64,000 bases of DNA from Gemmatimonadaceae bacterium. Its GTDB lineage: Bacteria > Gemmatimonadota > Gemmatimonadetes > Gemmatimonadales > Gemmatimonadaceae. Position numbers and translations under genes: made by a program. Positions 50,935-62,995 of this stretch are shown piece by piece; the stretch's first letter is position 1, and the number at the start of each line of letters is the position of its first letter. Where the stretch lies: positions 1-64,000 of the forward strand of contig JBJMOW010000005.1 of NCBI GenBank assembly GCA_045803545.1. Reading direction: 5' to 3'. Under the pieces are notes generated by a model that was not told the DNA's origin, made no database searches, and saw only the letters and a list, made by a program, of their open reading frames with translations.

Positions 50935-52292
50935 CGCCGAATAGGTGGCTTGGGAGGCGTCGTCGGTTTTGCCTGTTGGCTCGTGGTGGCCGCGGGCTTT
51001 GCCACTGCCGCCGTCACTGGTTCGACCATCACGCCGCTCGCCTGGTCGATCACAGTAACGGTAGCAACTTTTCGTTCCTCGAACAGGATGTCGATGATTC
51101 TGCCGGTGACGTAGTTGATCGACGGCTTATTCGGCGGCCCGTTCGAGCTTTTCATCTGATAGAACGACTGGGCGTGTCCGTCAGCGACGATCTCTCGAAT
51201 TTTGGGTTTCGCCGCGGTATCTGCGGGCGCGAGAGAATCGAAGTGCGCGATGATGGTATCACCGCGCATCCAGTCGCGCTGGGCGGAGACTATTCCGGAA
51301 TCCGGAGTGCTTTCCGCATATGCGCCGCGAACCGCGCGCACTTCGCGTATGCGCTGTTGCGGCATCAATGCATCGATCGAGTCGGCGAGGATCTCACGAT
51401 CCGGCGACACTGCGCGAGCGCGTGTGGCGCCCCATGCGACGGCTCGTTGTAGCTGATTGCCCTGGACACGGAGGTCAATGGAATCTGCAACGAGCTCGAG
51501 ATCCTGACTGAGCGCGTGACCCTTTGGCGTGGCGACCACTCGCTCGACCTGCCGATTCCGCGAGTAAACATCGATGACCTCGCCGGTGAGCGTGAATTGG
51601 CGCTGCCCTTTCCCCTGCACCTGCGGCTCTCGCATCAGCCGCGCGAAATCGCGGCCGCTATCGAGAAAGGCCGAATCGCCATTGGCTTGCAAATCGGGCC
51701 GCGTGATTTGCACCCGACCAGATGCGTACACGAGACTATCCCCTTCCATTGTGATCTGGTTGGCGATGACGTGCGCAGTGTCAGGCGGCCGACCGCGGCC
51801 AGTCGTGTCTTTTTGGACGAGCGTTACCGTGGGGCGTCCGGGTGCAAAAAGACGTGTGAGGGGACGAGCCGGCGTGACCCGATAGTAGTCGGCGCTCGGG
51901 CCACGAAGTACGCTACCGTTTGCAGTCACCGCGACGACATTGCCTTCGGCGTGAAGGTGATTGTCGTTCTGGTAATAGGTCATTGTATTTGATGTGACTG
52001 ACGCGCGCGGCTCGGTGTAGTGGACGTTGCCGACGAGAAATAGTCTCCCCTCGGACTGGTAGTATTCCGCGCTGTCTGCCGTGAGGTTGTTGCCCTGCCC
52101 GATGCAGTAGGCACGAACCCCTCTGCCGAGATACACGATCGTGTTGCCTGGGCTGACTTCGATCTGGCGCGCCTGGGTGTTGGTGCCGGCTGGAAACTCG
52201 AGGTCGCAATTTCGTGGTACCTCCTGGCCGTACACGGCGCCAGCGGAGACCAGGAAGACCGCGAAAAGTAAACCTGCCGGCGCACGCAGCAT
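50931..52292 (-). CDS. Long OstA/LptA-like beta-jellyroll periplasmic protein
   Basis: Start reassigned to ATG 52292 (signal peptide); repeated L.ADS..Y, A.GNV strands; between lptC and lptB. Confidence 0.75.
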   Translation of the reverse strand: MLRAPAGLLFAVFLVSAGAVYGQEVPRNCDLEFPAGTNTQARQIEVSPGNTIVYLGRGVRAYCIGQGNNLTADSAEYYQSEGRLFLVGNVHYTEPRASVTSNTMTYYQNDNHLHAEGNVVAVTANGSVLRGPSADYYRVTPARPLTRLFAPGRPTVTLVQKDTTGRGRPPDTAHVIANQITMEGDSLVYASGRVQITRPDLQANGDSAFLDSGRDFARLMREPQVQGKGQRQFTLTGEVIDVYSRNRQVERVVATPKGHALSQDLELVADSIDLRVQGNQLQRAVAWGATRARAVSPDREILADSIDALMPQQRIREVRAVRGAYAESTPDSGIVSAQRDWMRGDTIIAHFDSLAPADTAAKPKIREIVADGHAQSFYQMKSSNGPPNKPSINYVTGRIIDILFEERKVATVTVIDQASGVMVEPVTAAVAKPAATTSQQAKPTTPPKPPIRR

Positions 52293-52293
52293 G

Positions 52294-52908
52294 TTACCGG
52301 CGTGGGGGCGTGGACGAAGCAGAATTGGTCGCGGCCGGTGGGCCGGCAGGAGGCGAAGCCGCAGGTGGTGGCGCCGTCGAAACTCCGCGCACAAGACCGC
52401 TCGCACCCTTCAAAATGAGAATGTTCTTCATGTTGGGATCGGAGCGAAAGCCGATCCCCGACACCTGCCGATTGGGCTCCGTCAACCGAAATGCACTATC
52501 ACTCGAGATCTCATTCTTCTGCTGATTATAAATCAGCTCTTCGGTCGTGAGCCGACGGCCGTCCTCCGACACCACGACGACGTTCTTGCGAGCGATCATG
52601 TTGCTCGTGCGATTGTTGTAGGTGCCGTGCCGCGAGGTGAGGACAGCATCCTTCGCACCTGTCGTCGTAAAGAAAGTTACGACCGGGTTCTCGAATTCCA
52701 TCCGCGTGTTGTCGTCAAAGAAATACGCGGTGTCCGAGTGCATTTGAGCGCGATTGATTCCGAGGTCTGCCAGCACAAACCGCGAATTGTACATCACCTG
52801 GTCTGCCGAATCCGCGAGCGGGGAATGGGTGGCCACCGGGGGCTGCTTCTTGGATGTGCACGCAACCATGAACGACGCGACAATAGCAAGGACGAGCACC
52901 CGTCGCAT
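52294..52908 (-). CDS. lptC: LPS export protein LptC (lipoprotein-type signal)
   Basis: Lipobox-like MVAC; M.A..NVVV, L.TEEL.Y, I.SDS, G.GF.SD; kdsD-lptC-lptA-lptB-rpoN order. Confidence 0.85.
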   Translation of the reverse strand: MRRVLVLAIVASFMVACTSKKQPPVATHSPLADSADQVMYNSRFVLADLGINRAQMHSDTAYFFDDNTRMEFENPVVTFFTTTGAKDAVLTSRHGTYNNRTSNMIARKNVVVVSEDGRRLTTEELIYNQQKNEISSDSAFRLTEPNRQVSGIGFRSDPNMKNILILKGASGLVRGVSTAPPPAASPPAGPPAATNSASSTPPRR

Positions 52909-53873
52909 CAGACAACACCGGCCCGCATCAGATCGTGGAGATGGACCACTCCAACGATCTTATCGTCGCCATTGAGCACCGGCATCGCAATGATGCCATG
53001 CGTCTCCATCCGGTAGACGACGGCGCTTCCGAGCTCGTCGGCGTGCGCGATTTTCGGGTTGCGATTCATGACACGCGCCACGGAAATCGGGAAAACGTTC
53101 TCTTCGTGCTCCATCAATCTCGACAAGTCACCAGTTGTGATCACACCGCACACCATGCCCTTGTCGTCGGCGACGATCGCAATACCGCGACGCTCCGCCA
53201 GTTGCACTACGGCCTGGCGCATCGTCGCTGTCTCTGCGAGGATCGGCAATTTGTCCGTCACCATCACGTCCGCAACACGTGTCAACAGTCTCTTGCCAAT
53301 CGAACCGCCCGGATGCAGCCGCGCGAAATCGTCGGCGTCGAAGCCCTTCTCTTCCAGCAGCGCGATCGCCAGTGCATCGCCGAGCGCCAGGGCAACAGTG
53401 GTGCTCGTTGTTGGCGCCAGATCGTGCGGACACGCTTCTTCCTTGACCCAGCCGTCGAGTGCAACGTCGCTGTGCCTCGCCAGCGCCGACTTCGCATTGC
53501 CGGTTAGCGCTATTGTGAATACCCCGAGCCGCTTCAAGTGATCGAGCAGGCCGAGCACTTCGGCAGATTCCCCACTCTTTGATATCAGAATGGCAACGTC
53601 GGATTCATCGACGATGCCGAGGTCGCCATGAACGCTGTCTGCCGGATGCAGAAAGGTTGAGGGCGTGCCGGTCGAGGTCAGAGTGGCGGCGATCTTCCGG
53701 CCAACAAGTCCCGATTTGCCGACGCCCGACACGATCACACGGCCATCCGAGCGCGCGATGCTCTCTACGGCTTTGGCGAACTGATCCCCAATGCGACGCT
53801 CAGCCTCTGCGAGCGCGTCGGTCTCCATCCTGAGGACACGTCGCCCGCGCTCGACGATGTCCTTGTGCGTCAT
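52908..53873 (-). CDS. kdsD: Arabinose-5-phosphate isomerase (KpsF/GutQ family)
   Basis: Start reassigned to ATG 53873; GVGKSG, ATLTSTGTP, HGDLG, EACP..LAPTTST, HPGG, CBS pair. Confidence 0.93.
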   Translation of the reverse strand: MTHKDIVERGRRVLRMETDALAEAERRIGDQFAKAVESIARSDGRVIVSGVGKSGLVGRKIAATLTSTGTPSTFLHPADSVHGDLGIVDESDVAILISKSGESAEVLGLLDHLKRLGVFTIALTGNAKSALARHSDVALDGWVKEEACPHDLAPTTSTTVALALGDALAIALLEEKGFDADDFARLHPGGSIGKRLLTRVADVMVTDKLPILAETATMRQAVVQLAERRGIAIVADDKGMVCGVITTGDLSRLMEHEENVFPISVARVMNRNPKIAHADELGSAVVYRMETHGIIAMPVLNGDDKIVGVVHLHDLMRAGVV

Positions 53874-54688
53874 CGATTGATCCGTGTCCAAACGTCGACG
53901 GCGCGATTCATCAGCCCGTCGAGCTCTGACAGCGGCAACATGTTTGGACCGTCGCTGGGGGCGCAGTCGGGATCGGGATGCGTTTCCAGGAACAGTCCCT
54001 GGGCTCCGGCCGCGATTGCTGACAAAGCGAGAATCGGTACGTACTCGCGTGCTCCACCGCTGGCACCCTCCGGTCCTTGTCCCGGCCTTTGCACGCTGTG
54101 GGTGGCGTCGAAAATCACGGGCGCCTTGCATGCCTCGCGCAAACGAGTGAAGGACCTCATGTCGACGACGAGGTCCCCGTATCCGAAGAACGTTCCGCGC
54201 TCGGTCACAGCGATGTCGCGCGACCGACCGTTGGTGTTCGAGCCGCCTCGGATTTTCTGCACCGCCCCGCGCATCCCTTCCGGCTGCAACCATTGTCCCT
54301 TCTTCACATTTACCGGCTTTCCGGTGGCACCCGCGGCTTCGAGCAGATCTGTTTGCCTGCACAGGAAGGCGGGAATCTGGAGCACATCCACAACCTCGGC
54401 CGCGGGCGCGCATTGATCCGGCGTGTGTACGTCGGTCAATACGGGGAGTCCGGTCGCCTTGCGCACGCGCGCCAGTGCTTCGAGTCCGGCATCGAGCCCG
54501 GGCCCGCGAGCAGCGCCGCGGTTAGAGCGGTTTGCCTTATCGAAGCTTGCCTTGTAAATGATTCCACCGGGGAGCGTCTCAGCGAGCTGCGCCAGCTTCT
54601 CGCCAACGCGGAGATTGAGCTCGTCGCTTTCGAGGACGCAGGGGCCCGCGATGAGAAAAAGTTTATCCGCCGGAAAGTACTCCCTCAC
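53870..54688 (-). CDS. kdsA: KDO 8-phosphate synthase
   Basis: Start reassigned to GTG 54688; IAGPCVLE, KASFDKANRS, QIPAFLCRQTDL, FDATHSVQ.PG. Confidence 0.95.
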   Translation of the reverse strand: MREYFPADKLFLIAGPCVLESDELNLRVGEKLAQLAETLPGGIIYKASFDKANRSNRGAARGPGLDAGLEALARVRKATGLPVLTDVHTPDQCAPAAEVVDVLQIPAFLCRQTDLLEAAGATGKPVNVKKGQWLQPEGMRGAVQKIRGGSNTNGRSRDIAVTERGTFFGYGDLVVDMRSFTRLREACKAPVIFDATHSVQRPGQGPEGASGGAREYVPILALSAIAAGAQGLFLETHPDPDCAPSDGPNMLPLSELDGLMNRAVDVWTRINR

Positions 54689-54690
54689 CG

Positions 54691-57115
<2,425 letters not shown>

Positions 57116-57161
57116 TTACCCACCGGTTTTCGCGCAACAGTCGGGAAAAGTCACGCTCAGT

Positions 57162-57190
57162 AATATACGAACCGGGACCGGTACGAGCAA
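57162..57190 (-). promoter_or_regulatory. Candidate sigma70 promoter of the kdsB-pyrG-kdsA-lpt operon
   Basis: Minus strand TTGCTC-17 nt-TATATT, 46 nt upstream of the kdsB ATG. Confidence 0.55.
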
Positions 57191-57206
57191 ACTTTGTGTT
57201 GGGTTT

Positions 57207-58415
57207 TTAGAACGCGAGATCGGCGCCGAAAGTTAGAGCGCTTCTGCGCGACACGGGCGACCGATTGCGGGCAGGATCGATGAAGTAGTCGACTCTCAGA
57301 ATACTTGCCCCGACGCCAACTCCAAGATTCTGAATTAGAGACGGGAGCCCGCCCACTCCAGCGCTACCGGCCGTATAGCTCAGCGCGAGGAAGGGGCTTC
57401 CCACGTAGGGCAGCTGAATTCTGTCGAATGGGATGACGTAGTCCCCATTCACGTAGAGCAGGTGGTCACCGCCGAGGGCGAGCTGATCGACCGTTGCGAT
57501 GGTCCCTGACCCGCCGAGATATGCGAAGCGCTGGGCCGGCGCGTTCACCGCAGCCGGCGTCCACACACCGTGTCCCCTGAAGGTGAAGGTCTGGCTGCCG
57601 AAAGTCGGGAACTTGACGGTACCGTCGACGGTCGCCTGGGTGAAAGCATCGCGGGGGCTTGTGCAGAAAAGTCCACCGGGCGTTGCGAAGCAGTTGCCGT
57701 CGTACTGTGTGGCGATGGACCGCTCGACTTTGGCGTCAAGCTTCGAGTCTACACCGCCCGTGGCGAGCTCCACGCCTGTCCCAACGAGAAACGAGAAAAT
57801 GTGCCCGCGATCGATCGGCGGGTTTGGCCTACGCATCCGTAAGCGACCAGTCCGTCCGTAAAAGGACCACGGCGACTTTGTTGGCACGAGTGAACCCGTC
57901 GTCCAGTCGCGCTCGTAGTTGAGTCCGGCGTAAGGCGTAAGAACGGAGCCGCCGGTCATAATAGCGTGAGCCAGCCGAGCGGAAGCTTTGTCGCTGCGAT
58001 AGAAATTGCGCGCGTCGCTGCCCGCCAACAGAACCGCGACAGAGTTCGCCAGGTCACTGCGAATCCAATCTTCGTTGCTGAAGGTGCCGCGCCCGACGAA
58101 AAACTTCAGCTCGTTTGCATCGCCTGGGCGAAGGAGACCTTCGATTGATGGATCCCAGTTACCAAGATTTGAGCGGTAACGAACGAGGGCATCGACATCA
58201 ATTCGTCCATTCGATGTCTCGATCTTTGGCCCCCACGGCAGCGTGAGTCCATTCACGCGATCATATGTGGGAATACGCAGTCCGACGCCTAGCGGCAGTG
58301 AGATCGGCGACTCGGAGTACTCGACGTATGACGTATCGACGACCGTCGTGTCCTGCGCGCGGGCCGCCGTAGCGAGCGCGATAAACGCAAGACTGACAAA
58401 TGACGTTCGCCTCAT
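57207..58415 (-). CDS. Hypothetical exported protein, probable outer-membrane beta-barrel
   Basis: Start reassigned to ATG 58415 (signal MRRTSFVSLAFIALATAARAQ); alternating hydrophobic strands, YDRVNGL motif, C-terminal LTFGADLAF. Confidence 0.65.
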   Translation of the reverse strand: MRRTSFVSLAFIALATAARAQDTTVVDTSYVEYSESPISLPLGVGLRIPTYDRVNGLTLPWGPKIETSNGRIDVDALVRYRSNLGNWDPSIEGLLRPGDANELKFFVGRGTFSNEDWIRSDLANSVAVLLAGSDARNFYRSDKASARLAHAIMTGGSVLTPYAGLNYERDWTTGSLVPTKSPWSFYGRTGRLRMRRPNPPIDRGHIFSFLVGTGVELATGGVDSKLDAKVERSIATQYDGNCFATPGGLFCTSPRDAFTQATVDGTVKFPTFGSQTFTFRGHGVWTPAAVNAPAQRFAYLGGSGTIATVDQLALGGDHLLYVNGDYVIPFDRIQLPYVGSPFLALSYTAGSAGVGGLPSLIQNLGVGVGASILRVDYFIDPARNRSPVSRRSALTFGADLAF

Positions 58416-58984
58416 GCGATCGAGAGAAAGTTGCGCAGGATTTCCTTCCCGCATTCCGTGAGAATGGATTCCGGGTGGAATTGCACGCCCCATACCGGAT
58501 GCTGGCGATGCTTCACAGCATGAATCTCGTTTGGATCGTCGCTTGAGCGCGCGATGATTTCCAGCTCCTTCGGCAGTGACGTACGATCGATCACCAGTGA
58601 GTGATATCGCATCACTGTCAGCGGATTGCGCACACCAGCGAATATTCCCTTCCCGTCGTGGGTGACCCGCGAAGTCTTCCCATGCATCAAGGTTTGCGCG
58701 CGGACAACCTTGCCGCCGTATGCCTCGCCGATTGCCTGGTGGCCCAGACAGACGCCAAGGATTGGAATCTCTTTGCCCCACTTCTGAATAGTTGGCACGC
58801 TGATGCCGGCCTCGGTTGGAGTGCACGGCCCGGGCGAGATCACGATCCGGCTCGCTCCCATTCCGCCGATGTCGTCGACCGCGATCTCATCGTTCCGCTT
58901 TACGACAGGGTCCTCTCCCAGCTCGCCGAGGTACTGGACGAGGTTGTAGGTGAACGAGTCGTAGTTATCGATGACGAGGACCAT
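58412..58984 (-). CDS. trpG: Anthranilate/aminodeoxychorismate synthase glutamine amidotransferase subunit (TrpG/PabA)
   Basis: IDNYDSFTYNL, SPGPC, GVCLGHQ, RYHSL, QFHPES; TrpG and PabA cannot be distinguished here. Confidence 0.9.
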   Translation of the reverse strand: MVLVIDNYDSFTYNLVQYLGELGEDPVVKRNDEIAVDDIGGMGASRIVISPGPCTPTEAGISVPTIQKWGKEIPILGVCLGHQAIGEAYGGKVVRAQTLMHGKTSRVTHDGKGIFAGVRNPLTVMRYHSLVIDRTSLPKELEIIARSSDDPNEIHAVKHRQHPVWGVQFHPESILTECGKEILRNFLSIA

Positions 58985-58989
58985 CGCTA

Positions 58990-58995
58990 ATTCTA
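58990..58995 (-). promoter_or_regulatory. Candidate -10 element (TAGAAT) 5 nt upstream of the trpG ATG
   Basis: Minus strand TAGAAT-TAGCG-ATG with no SD. Confidence 0.5.
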
Positions 58996-58996
58996 A

Positions 58997-59031
58997 GCGG
59001 GATGCGGGATGCAGGAAGCCGGAAGCGAGAG
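58997..59031. repeat. Degenerate 7-bp tandem repeat, 5 copies
   Basis: GCGGGAT GCGGGAT GCAGGAA GCCGGAA GCGAGAG in the xerD-trpG spacer. Confidence 0.7.
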
Positions 59032-59049
59032 TGAGGACACGAGCACGAC

Positions 59050-59970
59050 CTATGGACGCGGGTGAAATTGCTTGTGCACGCTGCGGAGATACTCCCGATC
59101 CACATGCGTGTAGATCTGGGTCGTTGAAATATCGACATGACCGAGCATTTCCTGCACCGCCCTCAGGTCAGCACCTCCTTCCAGCAGGTGAGTTGCAAAG
59201 GAGTGACGGAGGGTGTGGGGCGTTACCGGTTTGGTGATTCCGACCTGGACGACGTATTTGCGCAGAATCTTCCACGCACCCATACGGGACATCGGCTGCC
59301 CGCGCGCATTGAGAAACAGGACGCCTTTGCCTTCACCTTTTTCCAGCTTTGGCCGCTGCTCGCGAAGATAGATCGCGATTGCGCCAATAGCTCGACGGCC
59401 AATCGGCACCAGTCGCTCCTTCGCTCCTTTGCCGAACACTCGCACCAAATGATCCTGCAGCATCACGTCGCGGACACCCAGGGAGATCCACTCGGATACG
59501 CGAAGACCGGCGCCGTATGCAAGCTCCAGCATGGCGCGATCCCGAAAGGCAAAATGCTCGTCGAGCGATGGGGCCGTCAGCAGCTTCTCGATCTCGTCGA
59601 CACCAAGGACATCGGGTAAAGTCCGCCACTTCTGCGGCGTTTCCAGGCGCTCACTCGGATCGCGCACGACGTGACCTTCGCCGACGAGGAATTTAAAGTA
59701 CGACCGAACGGCTGAGACGTTGCGTCGAATTGAAGCCGGTGAAAGGCCCAGATCCTTGAGATGGAATACGTACTCGCGCAGCGTACGCGCGCCGATGTCT
59801 GCGGCAGACTTCGCTCCCTTCACACTCACGTAAGTGACAAAGCGCGCGATATCGAGCTTGTACGCCTTGCTGGTCTCGACAGATGCGCCCTGCTCGAGCG
59901 CCAGGAAGTCATCGAAGCGCTCGACGTAGAACGCGCGCGAGACTGCGTCATCGACGGTAGCACTACGCAT
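59050..59970 (-). CDS. xerD: Tyrosine recombinase XerD
   Basis: Start reassigned to ATG 59970; RDRAMLEL.YGAGLRVSE, GKGAKERLVP, PHTLRHSFATHLLEGGADLR.VQEMLGH..ISTTQIYTHV, FHPR. Confidence 0.92.
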   Translation of the reverse strand: MRSATVDDAVSRAFYVERFDDFLALEQGASVETSKAYKLDIARFVTYVSVKGAKSAADIGARTLREYVFHLKDLGLSPASIRRNVSAVRSYFKFLVGEGHVVRDPSERLETPQKWRTLPDVLGVDEIEKLLTAPSLDEHFAFRDRAMLELAYGAGLRVSEWISLGVRDVMLQDHLVRVFGKGAKERLVPIGRRAIGAIAIYLREQRPKLEKGEGKGVLFLNARGQPMSRMGAWKILRKYVVQVGITKPVTPHTLRHSFATHLLEGGADLRAVQEMLGHVDISTTQIYTHVDREYLRSVHKQFHPRP

Positions 59971-60577
59971 TATTCGCCTTGCGTCGTCTCCACAGCCAGA
60001 AGCCAACCGCGACCAGGACAATCGCGATGGCGACCGCGCCGGCTACCTTCCCCGAGCGAACCATGTACTTCTGCAGCAGGTCCCAGTTGTCGCCGGCTCG
60101 GAACGCCAGAAACGTAATCAGGGCGAACCACACCGCAGACGCAGCGCCGACGGAGAACATCACTCGAAAGGCGGGTAGCCGCATTGCCCCGGCGAACGGC
60201 GGCACTATCGCGCGCACTCCTGGCAGGAATCGACTCACGAACAGCCCTACCACACCGTATTTCTTGTGCAACTTCCTGATTCGATCTTCGGCGTCCGGCC
60301 CGGCAAAGCGCTCAATGCGTCGCAGGAACACCTTGGCGCCGAATTTCCGCCCCAGGGTGTACGTCACGCCGGCTCCGGCCACGTTGCCCGCCCAGCCGAG
60401 CAGGAAGACCGTGAACGGCGACCCGTGTGCGCGATCCGCGAGCAGACTTCCGATCGCGATCACCGCATCAGACGGAAACGGCGGAAAGAAATTCTCGAAC
60501 GCCGACAGCGCGGCAATCGCGAAGTACAATGAGCCAAGCGGCAGGTCGCCCAGCCAGGCCGTAATCGAATGGAGCAT
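59963..60577 (-). CDS. DedA family membrane protein
   Basis: ENFFPPFPSD, Y.LGR, SRFLPGVR...PFAG. Confidence 0.9.
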   Translation of the reverse strand: MLHSITAWLGDLPLGSLYFAIAALSAFENFFPPFPSDAVIAIGSLLADRAHGSPFTVFLLGWAGNVAGAGVTYTLGRKFGAKVFLRRIERFAGPDAEDRIRKLHKKYGVVGLFVSRFLPGVRAIVPPFAGAMRLPAFRVMFSVGAASAVWFALITFLAFRAGDNWDLLQKYMVRSGKVAGAVAIAIVLVAVGFWLWRRRKANNA

Positions 60578-60580
60578 TCG

Positions 60581-61081
60581 TCAGGAAGTCTTTGTCAGAG
60601 TTGCGACGGCGATGCAGGCGATGCCCTCTTTCCGCCCGATCCATCCCATGCCTTCGTTCGACTTCCCTTTGACGCTTACGCTTGCCGAATCGATACCGAG
60701 CGCGCTCGCAAGTCGCTCGCGGATTTTCGTCCGGTGCGGTCCGATTTTGGGTGTCTCGGCGACAACCGCGACATCAACCTGATTTACCTCGAGACCCGCG
60801 GCCGACACTCGCTTCACTGCTGCCGCGAGCATTTCGATCGAATCACGGTCGCGATTGCTTTCGTCGGTGTCGGGGAACATCTCACCGATATCGCCGAGTC
60901 CGGCCGCACCCAGAATGGCGTCGGTGATGGCGTGACAGATGGCGTCGGCGTCGGAGTGTCCAGCCAAACCGGTCTCCGACGGAATGACCACGCCGCCGAG
61001 TTTTAGTGGTCGACCCTGAGCGAAACGGTGGGAGTCGTAACCTACGCCAACGCGGACACTGGCCGCAGTCTCACGCGGCAT
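60581..61081 (-). CDS. ispF: 2-C-methyl-D-erythritol 2,4-cyclodiphosphate synthase
   Basis: G.GYDSHRF, GHSDADA.CHA..DA.LGAA.LGDIG, PKIGP. Confidence 0.95.
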   Translation of the reverse strand: MPRETAASVRVGVGYDSHRFAQGRPLKLGGVVIPSETGLAGHSDADAICHAITDAILGAAGLGDIGEMFPDTDESNRDRDSIEMLAAAVKRVSAAGLEVNQVDVAVVAETPKIGPHRTKIRERLASALGIDSASVSVKGKSNEGMGWIGRKEGIACIAVATLTKTS

Positions 61082-62171
61082 CCGCTTGGACGGCGGCGGC
61101 TGCTACGGGAGCGGTCGAGGTCATTCCCACCGGAGCTGTGACACCGGCTGGCTCGAGCAGAGAGTAGTCCTGCTTGCGACGCGCCGGAGTGAAACCGGCG
61201 TCGCGAATCAGTCGCTCCATCTCGGCGATCGAAGTGCGATGCGTGGTGTTCGCTGCGGAAACGACGTTCTCCTCAAGCATCAAGGAGCCAAAGTCATTGC
61301 AGCCAAAGCGAAGCGCCACTTGTCCTATCTTCATTCCCATCGTCACCCAGCTCGACTGAAGATTCGGTACGTTGTCGAGCACGACACGGGCAAAGGCAAC
61401 CGTGCGGAGATATTCGACCGCGCCAGTTTTCGGCTGATGGGACATCGTAGGAGTGTTCTCAGGCTGCAGCGGCCAGCAGATGAAAGCAGTGAACCCGCCG
61501 GTTCTTGCCTGCACTTCCTTCACTCGCTGCAGATGCTCGAGACGCTCAGCCAAAGTCTCGCCGAGACCGTACATCATGGTGACCGACGTCTTCATGCCTT
61601 CACCGTGCGCCAGCTCCATGATCTCCAGCCACCGATCGGCGCCAGCCTTCTTTGGCGCGACGATGTCGCGGACTCGCTGCACGAGGATTTCACCACCACC
61701 ACCGGGAATCGAATTCAGGCCCGCCTTCTTCAGCTCGCGAATCACATCGATCGCTTCCATCCGGAAAACTTTGGAAAAGAAGTCGATCTCGCTTGGACTG
61801 AAGCCGTGGATGTGGATCGGATGATTGCGCTTGATGTAGCGCATCAGATCCAGGTACCAGTCGAACGGGATGTAGGGGTTGTGTCCGCCCTGGATCAGGA
61901 TCTGGACGCCGCCAAGTGCCTTGACTTCGTCGATCTTGGCGCCGATCTGCTCGAACGAAAGCGTGTACCCTTCGCCGTGCTTGGGTCGACGAGCGAACGC
62001 GCAGAAACCGCAGTCAGCGACACACACGTTCGTGTAATTGATATTGCGGTCGATGATGTAGGTGACAGTGCTGCCGGGATGTTTCTGCTGGCGCACGCGA
62101 TCGGCCGCCATTCCCAGCTCGAGGAGTGGAGCGTTCGTATAGAAATCGAGCAGATCGCTTGATTCGCTCAT
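61071..62171 (-). CDS. mqnC: Cyclic dehypoxanthine futalosine synthase (radical SAM)
   Basis: Start reassigned to ATG 62171; DRNINYTNVCVADCGFC, QGGH.P, IPGGGGEIL, QSSWVT.G, LEENVVSAA. Confidence 0.9.
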   Translation of the reverse strand: MSESSDLLDFYTNAPLLELGMAADRVRQQKHPGSTVTYIIDRNINYTNVCVADCGFCAFARRPKHGEGYTLSFEQIGAKIDEVKALGGVQILIQGGHNPYIPFDWYLDLMRYIKRNHPIHIHGFSPSEIDFFSKVFRMEAIDVIRELKKAGLNSIPGGGGEILVQRVRDIVAPKKAGADRWLEIMELAHGEGMKTSVTMMYGLGETLAERLEHLQRVKEVQARTGGFTAFICWPLQPENTPTMSHQPKTGAVEYLRTVAFARVVLDNVPNLQSSWVTMGMKIGQVALRFGCNDFGSLMLEENVVSAANTTHRTSIAEMERLIRDAGFTPARRKQDYSLLEPAGVTAPVGMTSTAPVAAAAVQADAA

Positions 62172-62995
62172 GCGGCTGGCAAAAAGGTCAGGGTTCCGTT
62201 CGGAATTCTTCCACGCTCGACAAGCCGACGATAGAACTCGGTTAATCCAGCAAGATGCGGATAGGATAAACCGTAATCGAGGCCCGACAGATATTCTTGG
62301 CAAGTTTCCCGGCTCACGCCAGTTGCGCCGTGAGCTTGCTCGGCCAATTCCGGCAGATGAGCAAGCCCCCAATCGCGCGATGCGATCAAGCCGGCGTGTG
62401 CATTCAGAGCCTGTCGCACACTGGTCGATCGTTGGGCTACCCAGACCGCAAATACGAACGGCTGCCCAGTCCAATCCTTCCACATCGCGCCGAGGTCGTA
62501 GACGTAGGGATAGCGGTCCCGCTGGGTGTTGCCGAGGACCAGCGCTGCGTCTCCGATCACGAGCCGAGCATCAGTCGCCTCGTCATCCGACTCGATGATA
62601 TCGCGAACCTCGGCATCTCCAGGCACGAAACGCGGCGACGCATGCCACACGTTCTCGAACAGGAGCTGCAGCAGCGCAACGCTAGTCATCGAGCTGCGGC
62701 TGATCAGAACCTTCCGTGAGCCGAGCTCACCAGCAGGCCGACGCGAGAACAGCATCACCGAGCGAACAGGCCCGTCGCACGAAATCGCCAGATCTGGCAG
62801 CAGCAGATAGTGCGCGGAGTCGCGTGCATATTCGACGGCAGAAACGACACTGATATCGAGCGCGCGTGTCGCCATCCGATGATTCAGATCGGTCGGCACT
62901 CCATCGACCAGCTCAGCGTCGAGATTCACCACGCCACGATCGATGGCCCCGTAGACCGGATAGCAATTGATGTACGGAATACGGCCGATTTTCAT
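62168..62995 (-). CDS. mqnA: Chorismate dehydratase MqnA
   Basis: G.IPYINC.P, G.P..LN, G.VRSV.L, S.TSV.L, LVIGD.AL, DLG..W...TG.PFVFAVW. Confidence 0.9.
   Translation of the reverse strand: MKIGRIPYINCYPVYGAIDRGVVNLDAELVDGVPTDLNHRMATRALDISVVSAVEYARDSAHYLLLPDLAISCDGPVRSVMLFSRRPAGELGSRKVLISRSSMTSVALLQLLFENVWHASPRFVPGDAEVRDIIESDDEATDARLVIGDAALVLGNTQRDRYPYVYDLGAMWKDWTGQPFVFAVWVAQRSTSVRQALNAHAGLIASRDWGLAHLPELAEQAHGATGVSRETCQEYLSGLDYGLSYPHLAGLTEFYRRLVERGRIPNGTLTFLPAA

Noticed and set aside
59050..59970. Tyrosine recombinase as a mobile-element integrase
   Set aside because: It has XerD-type signatures (LLEGGADLR.VQEMLGH, FHPR), is about 300 aa and sits in a housekeeping operon.
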